Shown: positions 13,673 through 26,222 of the stretch, one piece after another | Position numbering within the stretch: position 1 is the stretch's first letter | Layout of the letters: every line of letters begins with the position of its first letter | Assembly (NCBI GenBank): GCA_030390025.1 | Contig: CM059432.1 | Location: 86,988,001-87,052,000 of the forward strand | From: Squalus acanthias | Lineage: Eukaryota | Reading direction: 5' to 3' | DNA length: 64,000 bases | Program-made: the position numbers and the translations under genes | Notes under the pieces: generated by a model | Database searches by the model: none | Seen by the model: the letters and a program-made list of their open reading frames with translations, nothing else | Told to the model about the DNA's origin: nothing

Positions 13673-14160
13673 TGAGTGTGTCCGCTTCCACCACTTCCGT
13701 CGGCAGCGAGTTCCAGGTCCTCACCACTCGCTGTGTAAAAAGGTTTTGCCTCACATCCCCCCTGAATCTCTTGCCCAAAACCTTAAATATGTGGTCCCCT
13801 AGTCCTTGTACCATCAACTAGTGGGAACATACTTTCCCCGTCTAGCCTATCCAAACCCATCATAATCTTGTACACCTCTATCAAATCACCTCTCAACCAT
13901 CCTTTGCTCTAATGAAAACAAATCCAGCTTCTCCAACCTGTCCTTGTAGCTAAGATCCCCCAACCCCAGAACCATTCTGGTAAATCTCCTCTGCACCCTC
14001 TCAAGGGCCTTCACATCCTTCCTAAAATGTGGTGACCAGAACTGGATACAATACTCCAGTTGTGGCCTAACCAACACTTTAAAAAGATTCAGCATAACTT
14101 CTCTACTTTTGTACTCAATACCTCTATTTATGAAACCCAAGATCCCATATGCTTTGCTAA

Positions 14161-15840
14161 TGTAGGGGGTGGTGTTTTTGTGTCAGCTTTACCTCTGACT
14201 TCTGAGCGGTTCGAATCGCTCCCACTCCCTTGGTTCTAGACCTTGGACTTATTTGGGGGGTTGTGATACAAAAGGTACAGCAGACAACTGAGTTTGATGA
14301 AAGAACTTCAATCTTTATTAAAAGGTAAGACACAAATAATAACACTCTTATCACTCTAAAGGTGGGGAACACTTCGGTACAAGTGAGGGAAATGACAGTA
14401 GAACAATACTTCACCCCTCCCAACCCCACTTTACTAGCTAAGTTAAGTTTTGAAGGACCAGGGATAATGCTTACCAATCCTTTGACAGTTGGGCTAAATC
14501 GCGGTTTTGGGGTTCGCTGTTTATGGCGGTTAGTGTCTGCCGTACCCCGTACGCGGTAGAGGACTTCACCTGAGTCTCTGGTCAATCTTCGTGAGTCCGC
14601 TGATGCGGTAGGATGTCATTATGGATTTATCTGGTGAGTACCCAATTTCTTTAGTTGAGCAGTAGGGCTTAGAGTCTTTGGGGAAAATCTTACCCAGGGG
14701 TAAGTCAGGAATAGTTTGTAGTGTGGAAACTTTGCGATTCTTCAGGTTTTCTTCCCTGGAGTTGGTCTTTGTTGGTCACGGTGGCCTGCGATTACCCGGT
14801 CAGTTGGGGGTAATGCGCGGTTGTTGGTTTCGTGAGGCCTTTGGTTTCCGCGATGGCTTTAGGCCTTGTTTGGTGTGTCGGTCGACCTCGTGAAGCTGTC
14901 GGTGACTTGTTGCTGCTTGTTGCTCCGGGTGACTGTGTTGGGGCCGTTGTTGGAGGTCCGTCGAGGTGGTGTCTTCGCGAGCTGGACTCAGGTGTGTCTG
15001 AGTAGTGAGCGATGCCGACTCGCTTCCAGCTCGGGCCTTCTTCTTCTTGGTCTCTCCTCCTTCTGATGACCACCGGTTGCGACTGACTGCTCGGCCCAAC
15101 GACTTTGAACTGTGGTGTTTCTCTCTCTTCTTCCTCTCTTCCTGGTGTGTGCTGGGAGGGCCTTCAATTATACAGAATTGAAGTGGCCTTATCTACCCGC
15201 CAAATCTCCTCGATTCATTGTCTAGTTTTGGCGGGCTCAATAACGATTTACTAGCACGTTAACTGGGTTTTAACAGGCCTTCAATCTCACCCATTGAATA
15301 TGGCCTTATCTACCCGCCAAATCTGTTCAGTTCATTGTCTGAATTTCCGGGCCTGCTACCAGTAAGTGTCAAATGGGTTTTGGGATGGTTTGCATCCTGT
15401 CGATCTCCCTGGCTGATTGCTGGTGATTGGTTTCGTGTTTTGTGTTCCTAGGCTGATCTATAGCCTAGTCCTGGGTGCTCTGTTTTATGCATGTTTCCTG
15501 ATGGGCCCTGCAATCGGTTTGCTGGGACCTGTTGTTTTGGGTGGGACTGTCTTCTCCTAGGGTTTATTGTCAAAATGTTAATGCATGCTGGGGCTTTGAG
15601 TGAGGTCATCCCGATTCCCCAGACAGTGCAATTAACTGCAATACCCAAAACTCCTTTTACAGAGGTTGCTCCCACCTCTTGTTCCTTTGCAGGCCCAGAC
15701 ATAGTTTTTAAAATGCCAAAACTTGGGTTTTGGTCTTATATTCCTTAGGTTAGACGCAAATGCATTTTTATCACTCTGAGGTAGTTCCAAAGTCCTTTTT
15801 CCTTAGGTTTTGGGGAACTGTAAATTTTGGAAACCTTACA
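14161..15840 (-). mobile_element. Solo LTR, 1680 bp (LTR retrotransposon or ERV, family unresolved)
   Basis: TGTAGG...CCTTACA termini and 4-bp TSD CTAA; removal rejoins the CR1 RT sequence. Minus-strand AATAAA near 14316 and TATAA near 15170 give the orientation tentatively. Confidence 0.8.
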
Positions 15841-18800
15841 CTAACCATTCTCTCAATATGTCCCGCCACCTTCAGGGACCTATGCACATTAACTCCCAGG
15901 TCCCTCTGTCCCTGCACACTTTTAAAAACTGTGCCATTAAGTGCATATTGCCTCTCCCTGTTCCTTCTGCCAAAATGCATCACCTCACACTTCTCTGTAT
16001 TAAATTCCATCTGCCACTTGTCTGCCCATTCTGCTAGCCTTTCTAAGTCCTGTTGCAGTCGATTGGTATCATCCTCATTGTTTGCCAGACCCCCAAGTTT
16101 GGTGTCATCGGCAAATTTAGAAATTCTACTTTGTATTCCAATATCCAGGTCATTTATATATATCAAAAAAAGCAGTGGCCCCGGCACTGACCCTTGGGGA
16201 ACACCACTGTCTACCATCCTCCAGTCTGAAAAACAGCTATTTACCACAACCCGCTGTTTTCTGTCCTTAAGCCAATTCCTTATCCAAGCTGCCACTGACC
16301 CACCTATTCCATTAGCCTCAATTTTGTTAATCAGCCTTCTATGTGGTACTTTGTAAACACCTTCCTAAAATCCATGTAGACAACATCCATTGCATTCCCT
16401 TCATCAATCCTCCCTGTTACTTCATCAAAAAATTCAAATAGATTAGTCAAACACGATCTGCCTTTTACAAATCCGTGTTGGCTCTCCTTAATTAGCTTAA
16501 ACCTCTCCAAGTGCCCGTTAATTTTTTCCTTCATTATTGTTTCTAAAACTTTACCCACAACTGATGTTAAACTGACTGGCCTGTAGTTACTAGGATTGTC
16601 CTTTCACCCTTTCTTGAACAATGGTGTCACATTTGCCACTTTCCAATCCTCAGGCACCTCCCCCGCATCTAGGGAAGATTGGAAAATTATGGCAAACCCT
16701 TCTGCTATCTCCTCCCCCAATTCCCTTAGCAATCTGGGATGCAAGCCATCTGGACCAGGCAACTTATCCACTCTAAGCATACCCAGCCTTTCTAGTACAT
16801 CTTGTCAATCAATTTTCACCCCTTCCATTGCTTCTACCTTTTCCACTGCTACCGATATTTTGTTAGTAAACACCGATACAAAGTACTCATTGAGTATTCT
16901 AGCCTTGTCCTGCGCCTCTAAGCGTATAACACCTTCTTTGTCACTAATAGGCCCCACCCCGCCTCTTACTACCCGCTTACTGTTTACATGCCGGTAGAAG
17001 ATTTTTGGGTTCCCTTTTATGTTAACCGCCATTCTACTCTCATATTCTCTCTTTGCCAATCTTATTTTCATCTTCACTTCCCCTCTCAACTTATTGTATT
17101 TGGTCTGGTTCTCCCTTGAAGAATTCACCTGACATGCATCATACACCCTCTTTTTTTGTTTCATCATCTTCTCTATCTCCTTCGTCATCCAAGGAGCCCT
17201 TGCTTTGGTTTGCTTACCCTTCCCTCTTGTTGGAATGTACCTAGCCTGTACTTTGAACATCTCCTCCTTAAAGATCACCCATTGTTCCGTTACAGTTTTT
17301 CCTGTCAGTCTTTGGTTCCATTCTACCCTGGCTAGATCCTTTCGCATCCCATTGAAGTTAGCCCTATTCCAGTTTAGAAGTTCCACTCTAGATTGTTCCT
17401 TGCTCCTCTCCATTGCTAATCTAAATCTTATGATACGATGATCAATCGTACCCAAGTGTTCTCCCAGAAACACTTGGTCGACCTGGCCCACCTCATTTCC
17501 CAGCACTAGATCCAGCAATGCCTCCTTCTAGTTGGGCCAAGAACATACTAGTCAAGGAAATTCTCCTGAACACATTTCAGAAATTCCTCCTTCTCCTTTC
17601 CCTTTACCATAACATTATCCCAATCGATATTTGGGTAATTAAAGTCCCCCAATATCACTACTCTATAGCTCTTGCACATCTCTGCGATTTCCCTGCAGAT
17701 TTGCTCCTCTACCTCCCTCTCACTATTTGGAGGCCTATAGAATACCCCCAATAGCATAATCATACCCTTTTTGCTCCTCAACTCTAACCAAATGGATTCT
17801 GTCCTTGTCCCCTCAAGAACATCCTCTTTTTCCAACACTACAATGTCTTCCTTAATCAGCACTGCCACCCCACCTCCCTTTTTTCCTTCCCTATCTTTTC
17901 TGAACACCTTGTACCCTTGAATATTAAGTGCCCAGTCCTCACCGTTTTTAAGCCACGTTTCCGTTATTGCCACAACATCATATTGCCACACAGCTAATTG
18001 TGCTTGTAGCTCACCAAACCTATTCACCACACTTTGTGCGTTTACGTACATGCATTCTAAACCCATTTTTGAATTTTTCGTAGTCTTTCTTAGTCTGCTC
18101 CTATCTAATATGGTACTACTTCTGCCTCTAGTACTATCTTCTCTCATACTATCCAACACACTCACTCTTTCATTCACCTTATTCCTCTTTTCTACTCCTA
18201 TAGGCTGGTGCCCATCCCCCTGCCAAGCAAGTTTAAACCCTCCACAACAGCACTAACAAACCTCCCCGCGAGAATATTGGTCCCGGCTCTGTTGAGGTGT
18301 AACCCGTCCGGCTTGTACAGGTCCCACCTTCCCCAGAAACGGTCCCAATGCCTCAGGAATCTAAAGCCCTCCCTCCTGCACCATCTCTCCAGCCACGCAT
18401 TCATTTGTTCTATCCTCCTATTCCTGTACTCACTAGCACGTGGCACTGGGAGTAATCCGGAGATTACTACCTTTGAGGTCCTGCTTTTTAATCTCTCTCC
18501 CAGCTCCCTAGACTCTGCCTGCAGGACCTCATCCCACTTTCTGCCTATGTCGTTGGTACCAATATGGACAATGTCCTCTGGCTGTTCACCCTCCCCCCTC
18601 AGAGTGTCATGCAGCCGCTCAGTGACATCCTTGACCCTGGCACCAGGGAGGCACCATACCATCCTGGAGTCACGTCTGCGGCCACAGAAACACCTGTCTG
18701 CTCCCTTAACTATCGAATCCCCTACCACTATTGCTCTTCCACTCTTTTTCCTCCCCCCCCTGTGCAGCTGAGCCACCAGTGGTGCCTTGGACTTGTATCT

Positions 18801-20306
18801 GGCTGCACTCCCCAGCGGAACCATCGCCCCCACCAGTACTCAGAACAGAATACTGGTTGGAGAGCGAGATGCCCTCCGAGGACTCCTGCACTATCTGCCT
18901 GGTCCTCCTCTTCTGTCTGGCGGTCACCCATTCCCTCTCTGCCTGCATACTCTTAAGCTTCAGGGTGACCACCTCCAGAACCGTGCTATCCACGTAACTC
19001 TTAGCCTCGCGGATGCACCGCAGTGACTCCAGCCGCCGCTCAAGCTCTGAAACACGGATCTCCAGCTGCCGTAACTGGTGACACTTCCTGCCCATGTGGT
19101 TGTCCAGGCTACGCGAAGCGTCCAGGACATCCCACATGGCACAGGATGTGCACTCTACGGGACTGAGCTGCCCTGCCATGCCTATCTCAGCCTGTGTAAT
19201 GCAGTCACTCTCGCTTATCTCAGCCTGTGTAACGCAGTCACTCTCACTAATCGCAGTGTGCGTATAGTCACTCCTACTTTCTCTTCAACAATGCTTGTCC
19301 AGGCAACCACAGGCATTGTAGCTGGGTGTGCAGACTGCTTCTATTAGTTTGTTGATCAGTGTGAGCAGTAACCATGGCCCCGATATTTATGGGGAGGTGA
19401 GGAGGGTGTGGGGAGGCCGAAAGTTGCCTAAGAACATAAGAACATAAGAATTAAGAGCAGGAGTAGGCCATATGGCCCCTCGAGCCTGCTCCGCCATTCA
19501 GTAAGATCATGGCTGATCATCGACCTCAACTCCACTTTCCCGCCCGATCTCCATATCCCTTGATTCCCTTAGAGTCCAAAAATCTATCTATCTCAGCCTT
19601 GAATATACTCAAAGACTCAGCATTCACAGCCATCTGGGGTAGAGAATTCCAAAGATTCACAACCCTCTGAGTGAAGAAATTCCTCCTCATCTCGGTCTTA
19701 AATGGCCTACCTGAGACTATGCCCCCAATTCTAGACACTCCAGCCAAGGGAAACAACCTCTCAGCATCTACCCTGTCAATCCCCTTCAGAATCTTTTATG
19801 TTTCAATGGGATCACCTCTCATTCTTCTAAACTCCAGAGAGTATAGGCCCATTCTACACAATCTCTCATCATAGGACAGCCCTCTCATCCCAGGAATCAA
19901 ACTAGTGAACCTTCGTTGCACCACCTCCAAGGCAAGTATATCCTTCCTTAGATAAAGAGACCAAAACTGTGCACAGTACTCCAGGTGTGGTCTCACCAAG
20001 GCTCTGTACAATTGTAGCAAGACTTCCTTACTCTTATACTCCAACCCCCTTGCAATAAAGGCCAATATGCCATTTGCCTTCCTTATTGCTTGCTGTACCT
20101 GCATGCTAGCTTTCTACGTTTCTTGCACAATGACACCCAAATCTCTTTGAACACCAACATTTGAAAGTTTCTCACCATTTAAACAATATTCTGTTTTTCT
20201 ATTCTTCCTACCAAAGTGAATAACCTCACATTTCCCTACATTATACTCCATCTGCCATCTTACTGCCCACTCACTTAGTCTATCTATATCCCTTTGCAGA
20301 CTCTTT

Positions 20307-21510
20307 GGGCTGGATTTTACCAGCTCTGAGGAGGCGGGTTTGGAGGCGGGACTGCTGGCAAAATCAAAATGAATTGGAGCGGGTCCCGAACCCGCTCCCA
20401 ACCCGCCTCCAAACAATCTTCCCGGGAGTCGGGTCTCCGATTTGCGCAGGGACCCGACTCCTAGCGGCGGGAAGAGAATTATAGCCACTTAACTGCCTGT
20501 TAACAGGTACTTAACAGGCAGTTAAGAGGCTTTTTCCCATTTTGAGACTTCTGTTGCGGGCTTCCCGACATCGGGGAACCCTTCCAGGGTAAGTGTGGTG
20601 TGCTGTGGGTCTGTTGTAATGTTTGTGTATAGATGACAGCTGCAGACGTGGTGTGAAGGATCCACTGGGACACTGGTGAGTATCAGAGGTAAGGAAATGT
20701 TGGGAAAGTCATTTTTAATGTGTTTGGATTTTTCTGTAGGTGACAAGCTTTGAAATGTTTGTGTGGCCTCACCTCATTGGTAGAAGTGACAGATCGCTTC
20801 TGTAACCTCACCTGCAGCTGCCATCTGTTTTATCCTAAGGAGAGAGTCATTGCAGAGTCTGGGTGCAAGGGTTCACCTTTGTACAGTGATTGTCAGTGTT
20901 TGACAGCACCTCAATGCTGTTAAACGTATAAAATTCTGACAGGGTTAGACAGACTGGATGCAGGGGGGATGCTTCCCCTGGCTGGGCGGTCTAGAACAAG
21001 GGGTCACAGTTTCAGGATACGGGGTAGGATGTTTAGGACTGAGATGAGGAGAAATTTCTTCACTCAGAGGGTGGTGAACCTGTGGAATTCTCTACCACAG
21101 AAGGCTGTGGAGGCCAAGCCACTGAATATATTTAAGAAGGAGATAGATAGATTTCTAGACACAAAAGGCATCAAGAGGTATGGGGAGAGAGCGGGAATAT
21201 GGTATTGAGATAGAGGATCAGCCATGATCATATTGAATGGCGGAGCAGGCTTGAAGGGCTGAATGGCCTACACCTGCTCCTATTTTTCTATGTTTCTAAG
21301 TTTGCTGATGATACAAAGCTAGGTGGGACAGTAAGCTGTGAGGAGAACACAAAGGTCTGGATTTTACCTGCCGAGACGAGTTGGGGGTGAGACTGCTGCC
21401 TTCCAGGTTCTAGTCTTGCCCCCAGCGACGTCCGACGCACAGACGCTATTTTCCCCTGATTGGCCTTGTTAAGCCCGCCCTGCGGGCTTGCCGGCCAATT
21501 AAGGCCAATT
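20307..21510. mobile_element. Harbinger MITE (same family as 53848-54727) with its right end inverted
   Basis: TIR GGGCTGGATTTT at 20307 after TTT; second TIR GGTCTGGATTTT at 21354 after AAA, in the same orientation. Confidence 0.85.
20922..21296 (+). mobile_element. CR1 3' fragment on the plus strand
   Basis: ORF 20969-21208 SRTRGH...RRNFFTQRVVNLWNSLP followed by a CR1 3' UTR and tail. Confidence 0.9.
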
Positions 21511-24318
21511 AAACTTGGATACATTACACTCGGTCCCTTCATCTAGGTCATTAATATAAATTGTAAATAGCTGAGGCCCCAACACTGATCCTTGCGGCAC
21601 CCCACTAGTTACAGCTTGCCAACCTGAAAAAGATCCGTTTATCCCTACTCTCTGATTTCTGTCCGTTAACCAATCCTCTATCCATGCTACTATATTACCC
21701 CCAACCCCATGAGCCCGAATCTTGTGTAATAACTTTTTATGTGGCACCTTATAAACCTGGATACATTACACTTGGTCCATTCATCTAAATCATAAATATA
21801 AATTGTAAATAGCTGAGGCCCAAGCAATGATCCTTACAGCACACCACCAGTTACAGCCTGCCAACCTGAAAATGACTGTCTGTTAACCAATCCTCTGTCC
21901 ATGCTATATATTACCCCCAACTCCATGAGCCCTTATCTTGCGCAGCAACCTTTTATGTGGCACCTTATCGAATGCCTTTTGGAAATCCAAATATAGTACA
22001 TCCAATGATTCCCCTTTATCTACCCTGTTAGTTACATCCTCAAAAAACTCTAATAAATTTGTCAAACACGATTTCCCTTTCATAAAACCATGTTGACGCT
22101 GCCTAATCATGTTATGATTTTCTAAGTGACTTGATACCACTTCCTTAACAATGGATTCCAGCATTTTCCCGATGACTGATGTCAGGCTAACTGGCCTGTA
22201 GTTCCCTGTTTTTTCTCTCCCTCTTTTCTTGAATAGTGGTGTTACATTTGCGACCTTCCAATCCACTGGGACCATTCTAGAATCTAGGGAATTTTGGAAA
22301 ATCAAAACCAATGCATCCACTATCTCTTCAGCGACCTGTTTTAGAACCCTAGGATGTAGGCCGTCAGGTCCAGGGGATTTGTTGGCTTTCAGTCCCATTA
22401 GAACCAGGCAAGGCCGGGGATGCAGAGGTCCTCCCGAATTTAACAGCAGGACCTCATTATAATTTTTTTCTTCTGTTTCCCGCCCGGCAGCCGGCCAAAT
22501 TAACAGGCTGGCCAGCTTTCGGGTGGGAAAATCAGCGGCAGGAGGTTGCAGCCAGGGACCCTTGGGGATGGTCCCCGGCAATCGGGGGTGGGGGGGGGGG
22601 AACGGTCATGATTGCGGCAGAGTGAAGGTCAAAGGCTTCCTCGAGGAAAACAGGGGAAAACACTCCTGCTCCTTCTGGCCCACAAGGAGTGCTATTCTGG
22701 AGCCGGCAGCTTCCACTTCCATTTCGCTGCTGAGTTTCCCGAGTATTGGGAAACATGTGCGGTAGCAGTTAAATTTAAATCAGGCTCCCAATTGCACCAT
22801 GGGAACCTGATTTAAATATGTTAATGAAGTGTCCCGGCTCTCCAAAAAGGGACACTCGCACGCCTTGCTACCTGCTGCCATAAAAATGGTGGCAGGGCGC
22901 GTACATAGTGGGTTGGGTCGCGTTTTGCATTTTTTAGGGTTTAACTCACCCCGACCTCCTCCCACCCATCGTGGGGGGATTAATATTGAGCACCCTGTGC
23001 CTACTTGGAAGAGTAGGTTAGCCACTGTTTGTTCCTTTGTGACTTATTTACAACTCTTTATTAAAGAAGTTTCTAAATGCTAAAAGCTTTTCTGTCCATT
23101 TACTGTAGTGGCATTGTTTTCAAAATTTTGTTTCAGTACGGTGGGTTCCTGTTATAATCAATTTGTTTGATAACTAAAATAATGCCTGCATGCAAGAATA
23201 ATAGAACAAACTCCAACGAGTTAACGTTCTATAGAAATTTTCATTCTGCTGTTTGTTTAGAGGAAATTACAAAGATTTGTACCTGACTGTGTGGCTCCAG
23301 AAGGCAAGGGCCTTTTAATAGCACTCCATGTGGGCAAGAAGGAGCAGGAGTACTTCCCCTGGCCCCTCGAGGAAGCCTTCAACCTTCCCTCACCATCCCC
23401 AAGGGTCCCCGGCTGCAATCTCCAGCCACTGGTTTTCATAGGAAATTTCATAGAGAATTGGAGATAAACAGGAAGTGATTATTGAAATGCCCTAATTCTG
23501 TCGCATATCCTAACTATAGGCAGGAATCAGCATCTCTTTTCTGTCTGTTGATATAAACTTCAGTTTCAAATAAATGTATTCAAAGATGAATAAATTAGCA
23601 CTGCTGAAAACAACTGTGAATTTCCTTACTGCTGAAAATTAGTATTTCAAATATTTTTCCACAGCAATGATAAAATTCCTTCAGTTTGATGTTTTATGTT
23701 ATAGTTTATGAAAAACCAGCAGGCTCCATGGTATGTTAAAATGACACACTGAGACAAAGCATTTGGACACCCTTGATATGGATAATGACTATTGGACACA
23801 GGTAGTTTACAGAAAATAATTCAGGTGCTGCATGTCTGTGAATCAGCGGTATTGCAAATTTAGTGCTTACTTATTCCCCCACATTGAGTGTGTATGAAAT
23901 AAATGAGATTCATTTGCAACGATATATAGGTTATGACCAGATAATGAGCCACCCATCAAGAAAGAATTAATAACTTAATTTAGAAGAAAGCACTTTGTAA
24001 TGTTAGTATTTAGTATCAATTCATGGTCTTTGCCCTCTGTTTCTTGTGGGGGTACTTGTTATAAAAGGAGTCCTTAGTGAATGCGAGAGCCAGGCCATGA
24101 ATGTGTTTTAGAAACAAATAAACCTCTGCTTTTTCAAAGGTCTATGTGGAATGCAGCGATCTACTTTGAATTCCGTGGCACGGGGCAGCCAGTTTACAAA
24201 CACAAAGATAAGGCCTTTGCCAGCACTTGGAAAGAATAGAATAGAAATTTGAGAGTGCACGGTTTAATTGGATTGTTTTTCCCACCAGAGCAAATAGCAG
24301 GACTGTATCTATACCCAT

Positions 24319-24688
24319 TGTCAGCATGGCTGAGGTGGTAATCCTCTTCTGAGTCAGAAGCTTGTGGCCTCAAGCTCACACTCGGCCTTCCATCTGCCCT
24401 TTGTGGTTGTTTAGTTGGATGTAAAAGCTCCCATTGCACCACTTGAAGAAGAGCAAAGAATTCTTGTGGTGTTCTGGCCAACATTCCTCCCTCAACTCGC
24501 ACCACCAAAAACACATTAACTGTCTCACTTGCTGTTTGTGGGATCTTGCTGGCCGCAAATTGGCTGCTGTATTTGCTCACACAAGAACAGTGACTGCCTT
24601 TCAAAAAATAACTCTTTGGTTGTGAAGTGCTTTGGGACACTCTTGAGGATGTAATATGATGCTAAATAAGTGCAAGTTCTTTCTTTGA
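24319..24688 (+). mobile_element. Deu-domain tRNA SINE (SacSINE1/AmnSINE1-like), degenerate
   Basis: Core ttgctgtttgtgggatcttgctg...aaattggctgc and gcaagttctttcttt tail; matches 54733-55198. Confidence 0.8.
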
Positions 24689-25037
24689 GGTTTTCCTTCT
24701 GGTATTGCATGCAGACTGCTTCCTGGTCCATGTTCATTATGGACCATGTTAACCTTGTCACAGTGGATCTTCTATAATGGAAGCCATTGAGTTGTGAGTA
24801 TTGCCATGAAACTGGATGAAGATTGCTTCATGTTGTTACACTTACACAGCTTACATTAGCTGCTTTTAAGGCTGCTGTTGTGCTCAATTAAAACACTTTT
24901 GTAAAGTATGTAGTCCCACCATTTTATTTCATGTTTTACATTGAGATTAGGGGTTTTGTGTTTGCAGAAAACATGCAGTAATTCTTTTTTCAATTTTTCT
25001 TCTGTCGGTAATGGCTAACCGTCTTTCAACATTTCAG

Positions 25038-25085
25038 ACGGCGCCATGTTGAGGGAGAAGATGAATGGTGGAAAGATGACCATCA
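25038..25085 (+). other. Candidate 48-nt cassette exon of an unidentified host transcript
   Basis: Branch-like GCTAAC near 25015, tttcag acceptor, gttagt donor; length divisible by 3; two frames open. Confidence 0.3.
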
Positions 25086-25750
25086 GTTAGTGTGTGAAAA
25101 TACATTTTTAAAATCTTTTCTTATTCTACAATTTTTACACTAACTTTAAGAAGATTGAATAATCAGTGGCCTAACTAGGTTCTTCGTCATAACCATATTT
25201 ATTTTTTCACCCTGCCCTACACACGTCTCACCAGGCTTTAGCTTTGCTGTTGTGAACTGGGGTTTTTAAGATGTATACAAGAGTGAGGAGTTGTGGAATC
25301 CATATCCCACCACTTCACGATGCAGTAGGTCAATGTGCTAACAACTACAACTGTCAGCTGGTTACTTTTTTCTCATTATAAAGGTGTGCTCTGCGTGCAA
25401 AACTGCCACCTGCGTCACGCTGGTATCACAAAGTATCAAATCGAGTCCATAAAGCACTGCTCTTACTATTGTAGAGCTCAGGCGAACAGTTTACAGTGCA
25501 ATGACGAAGTTATGTTAATGTTCATACAAGTGGGGCTTGTGAATAATGAATAACTACAATGGCTACATTCTAGTCATAACCTTTCATCCTGTGATAACAG
25601 GAATATACATTAAAGTGGATACTGTGACTGGGGAACTTGAATATCCGGTGATATAAAGTTAAATTAAGACGCTCGGGAGGAAATTTGTGGGGAATTGCCT
25701 AGATCAGAAAGGAAGGCCGGAATTTTCTGGGGTCTGTGCGGGCGCGATTG

Positions 25751-26222
25751 GAAAGAAAGAAAGGCTTGCATTTATATCGCGCCTTTCACGACCACCGGAC
25801 GTCTCAAAGCACTTTACAGTCAATGAAGTACTTTTGAAGTGGAGTCACTGTTGTAATGTGGGAAACGCGGCAGCCAATTTGCACACAGCAAGCTCCCACA
25901 AACAGCAATGTGATAACGACCAGATAATCTGTTTTTGTTATGTTGGTTGAGGGATAAATATTGGCCAGGACACCAGGGATAACTCCCCTACTCTTCTTCG
26001 AAATAGTGCCATGGGATCTTTTACGTCCACCTGAGAGAGCAGACTGGGCCTCGGTTTAATGTCTCATCCGAAAGATGGCACCTCCGACAGTGCAGCACTC
26101 CCTCAGCACTGCACTGGAATGTCAGCCTAGCTTTATGTGCTCAACTCCCTGGAGTGTGACTTGAATCCACAACCTTCTAACTCAGAGATGAGAGTGCTCC
26201 CAACTGAGCCACAGCTGACACA
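25751..26222 (-). mobile_element. Deu-domain tRNA SINE, full length, nested in a Harbinger
   Basis: Reverse complement of 54733-55198; (GAAA)n tail at 25751. Confidence 0.9.

Larger units (their letters stand above)
10270..19180 (-). mobile_element. Full-coding-length CR1 LINE interrupted by a Harbinger element and a solo LTR
   Basis: ORF1 starts MAGQLSPVECTSC (19179), esterase GDSIV, endonuclease 17548-18177, RT pieces 13886-17518; 8-bp tail repeats (ATGACTCT)n at 10270-10287; ~27-bp direct repeat on both flanks. Confidence 0.95.
19429..22400 (-). mobile_element. 5'-truncated CR1 LINE, fragmented by a MITE insertion, an inversion and a duplication
   Basis: Tail (TAAGAACA)n at 19429; RT pieces in ORFs 19526-20306, 21499-21747 and 21904-22400. 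Confidence 0.9.
19376..22995. mobile_element. Older MITE-like element split by a CR1 (pieces 19376-19428 and 22401-22995)
   Basis: Left end GGCCCCGATATTTA resembles the reverse complement of the degenerate right end TTAATATTGAGCACC; no clean TSD. Confidence 0.45.

Noticed and set aside
14157..15099. Short ORFs inside the solo LTR as viral accessory genes
   Set aside because: Low-complexity translations with no recognisable domain; a full-length provirus would be needed to judge.
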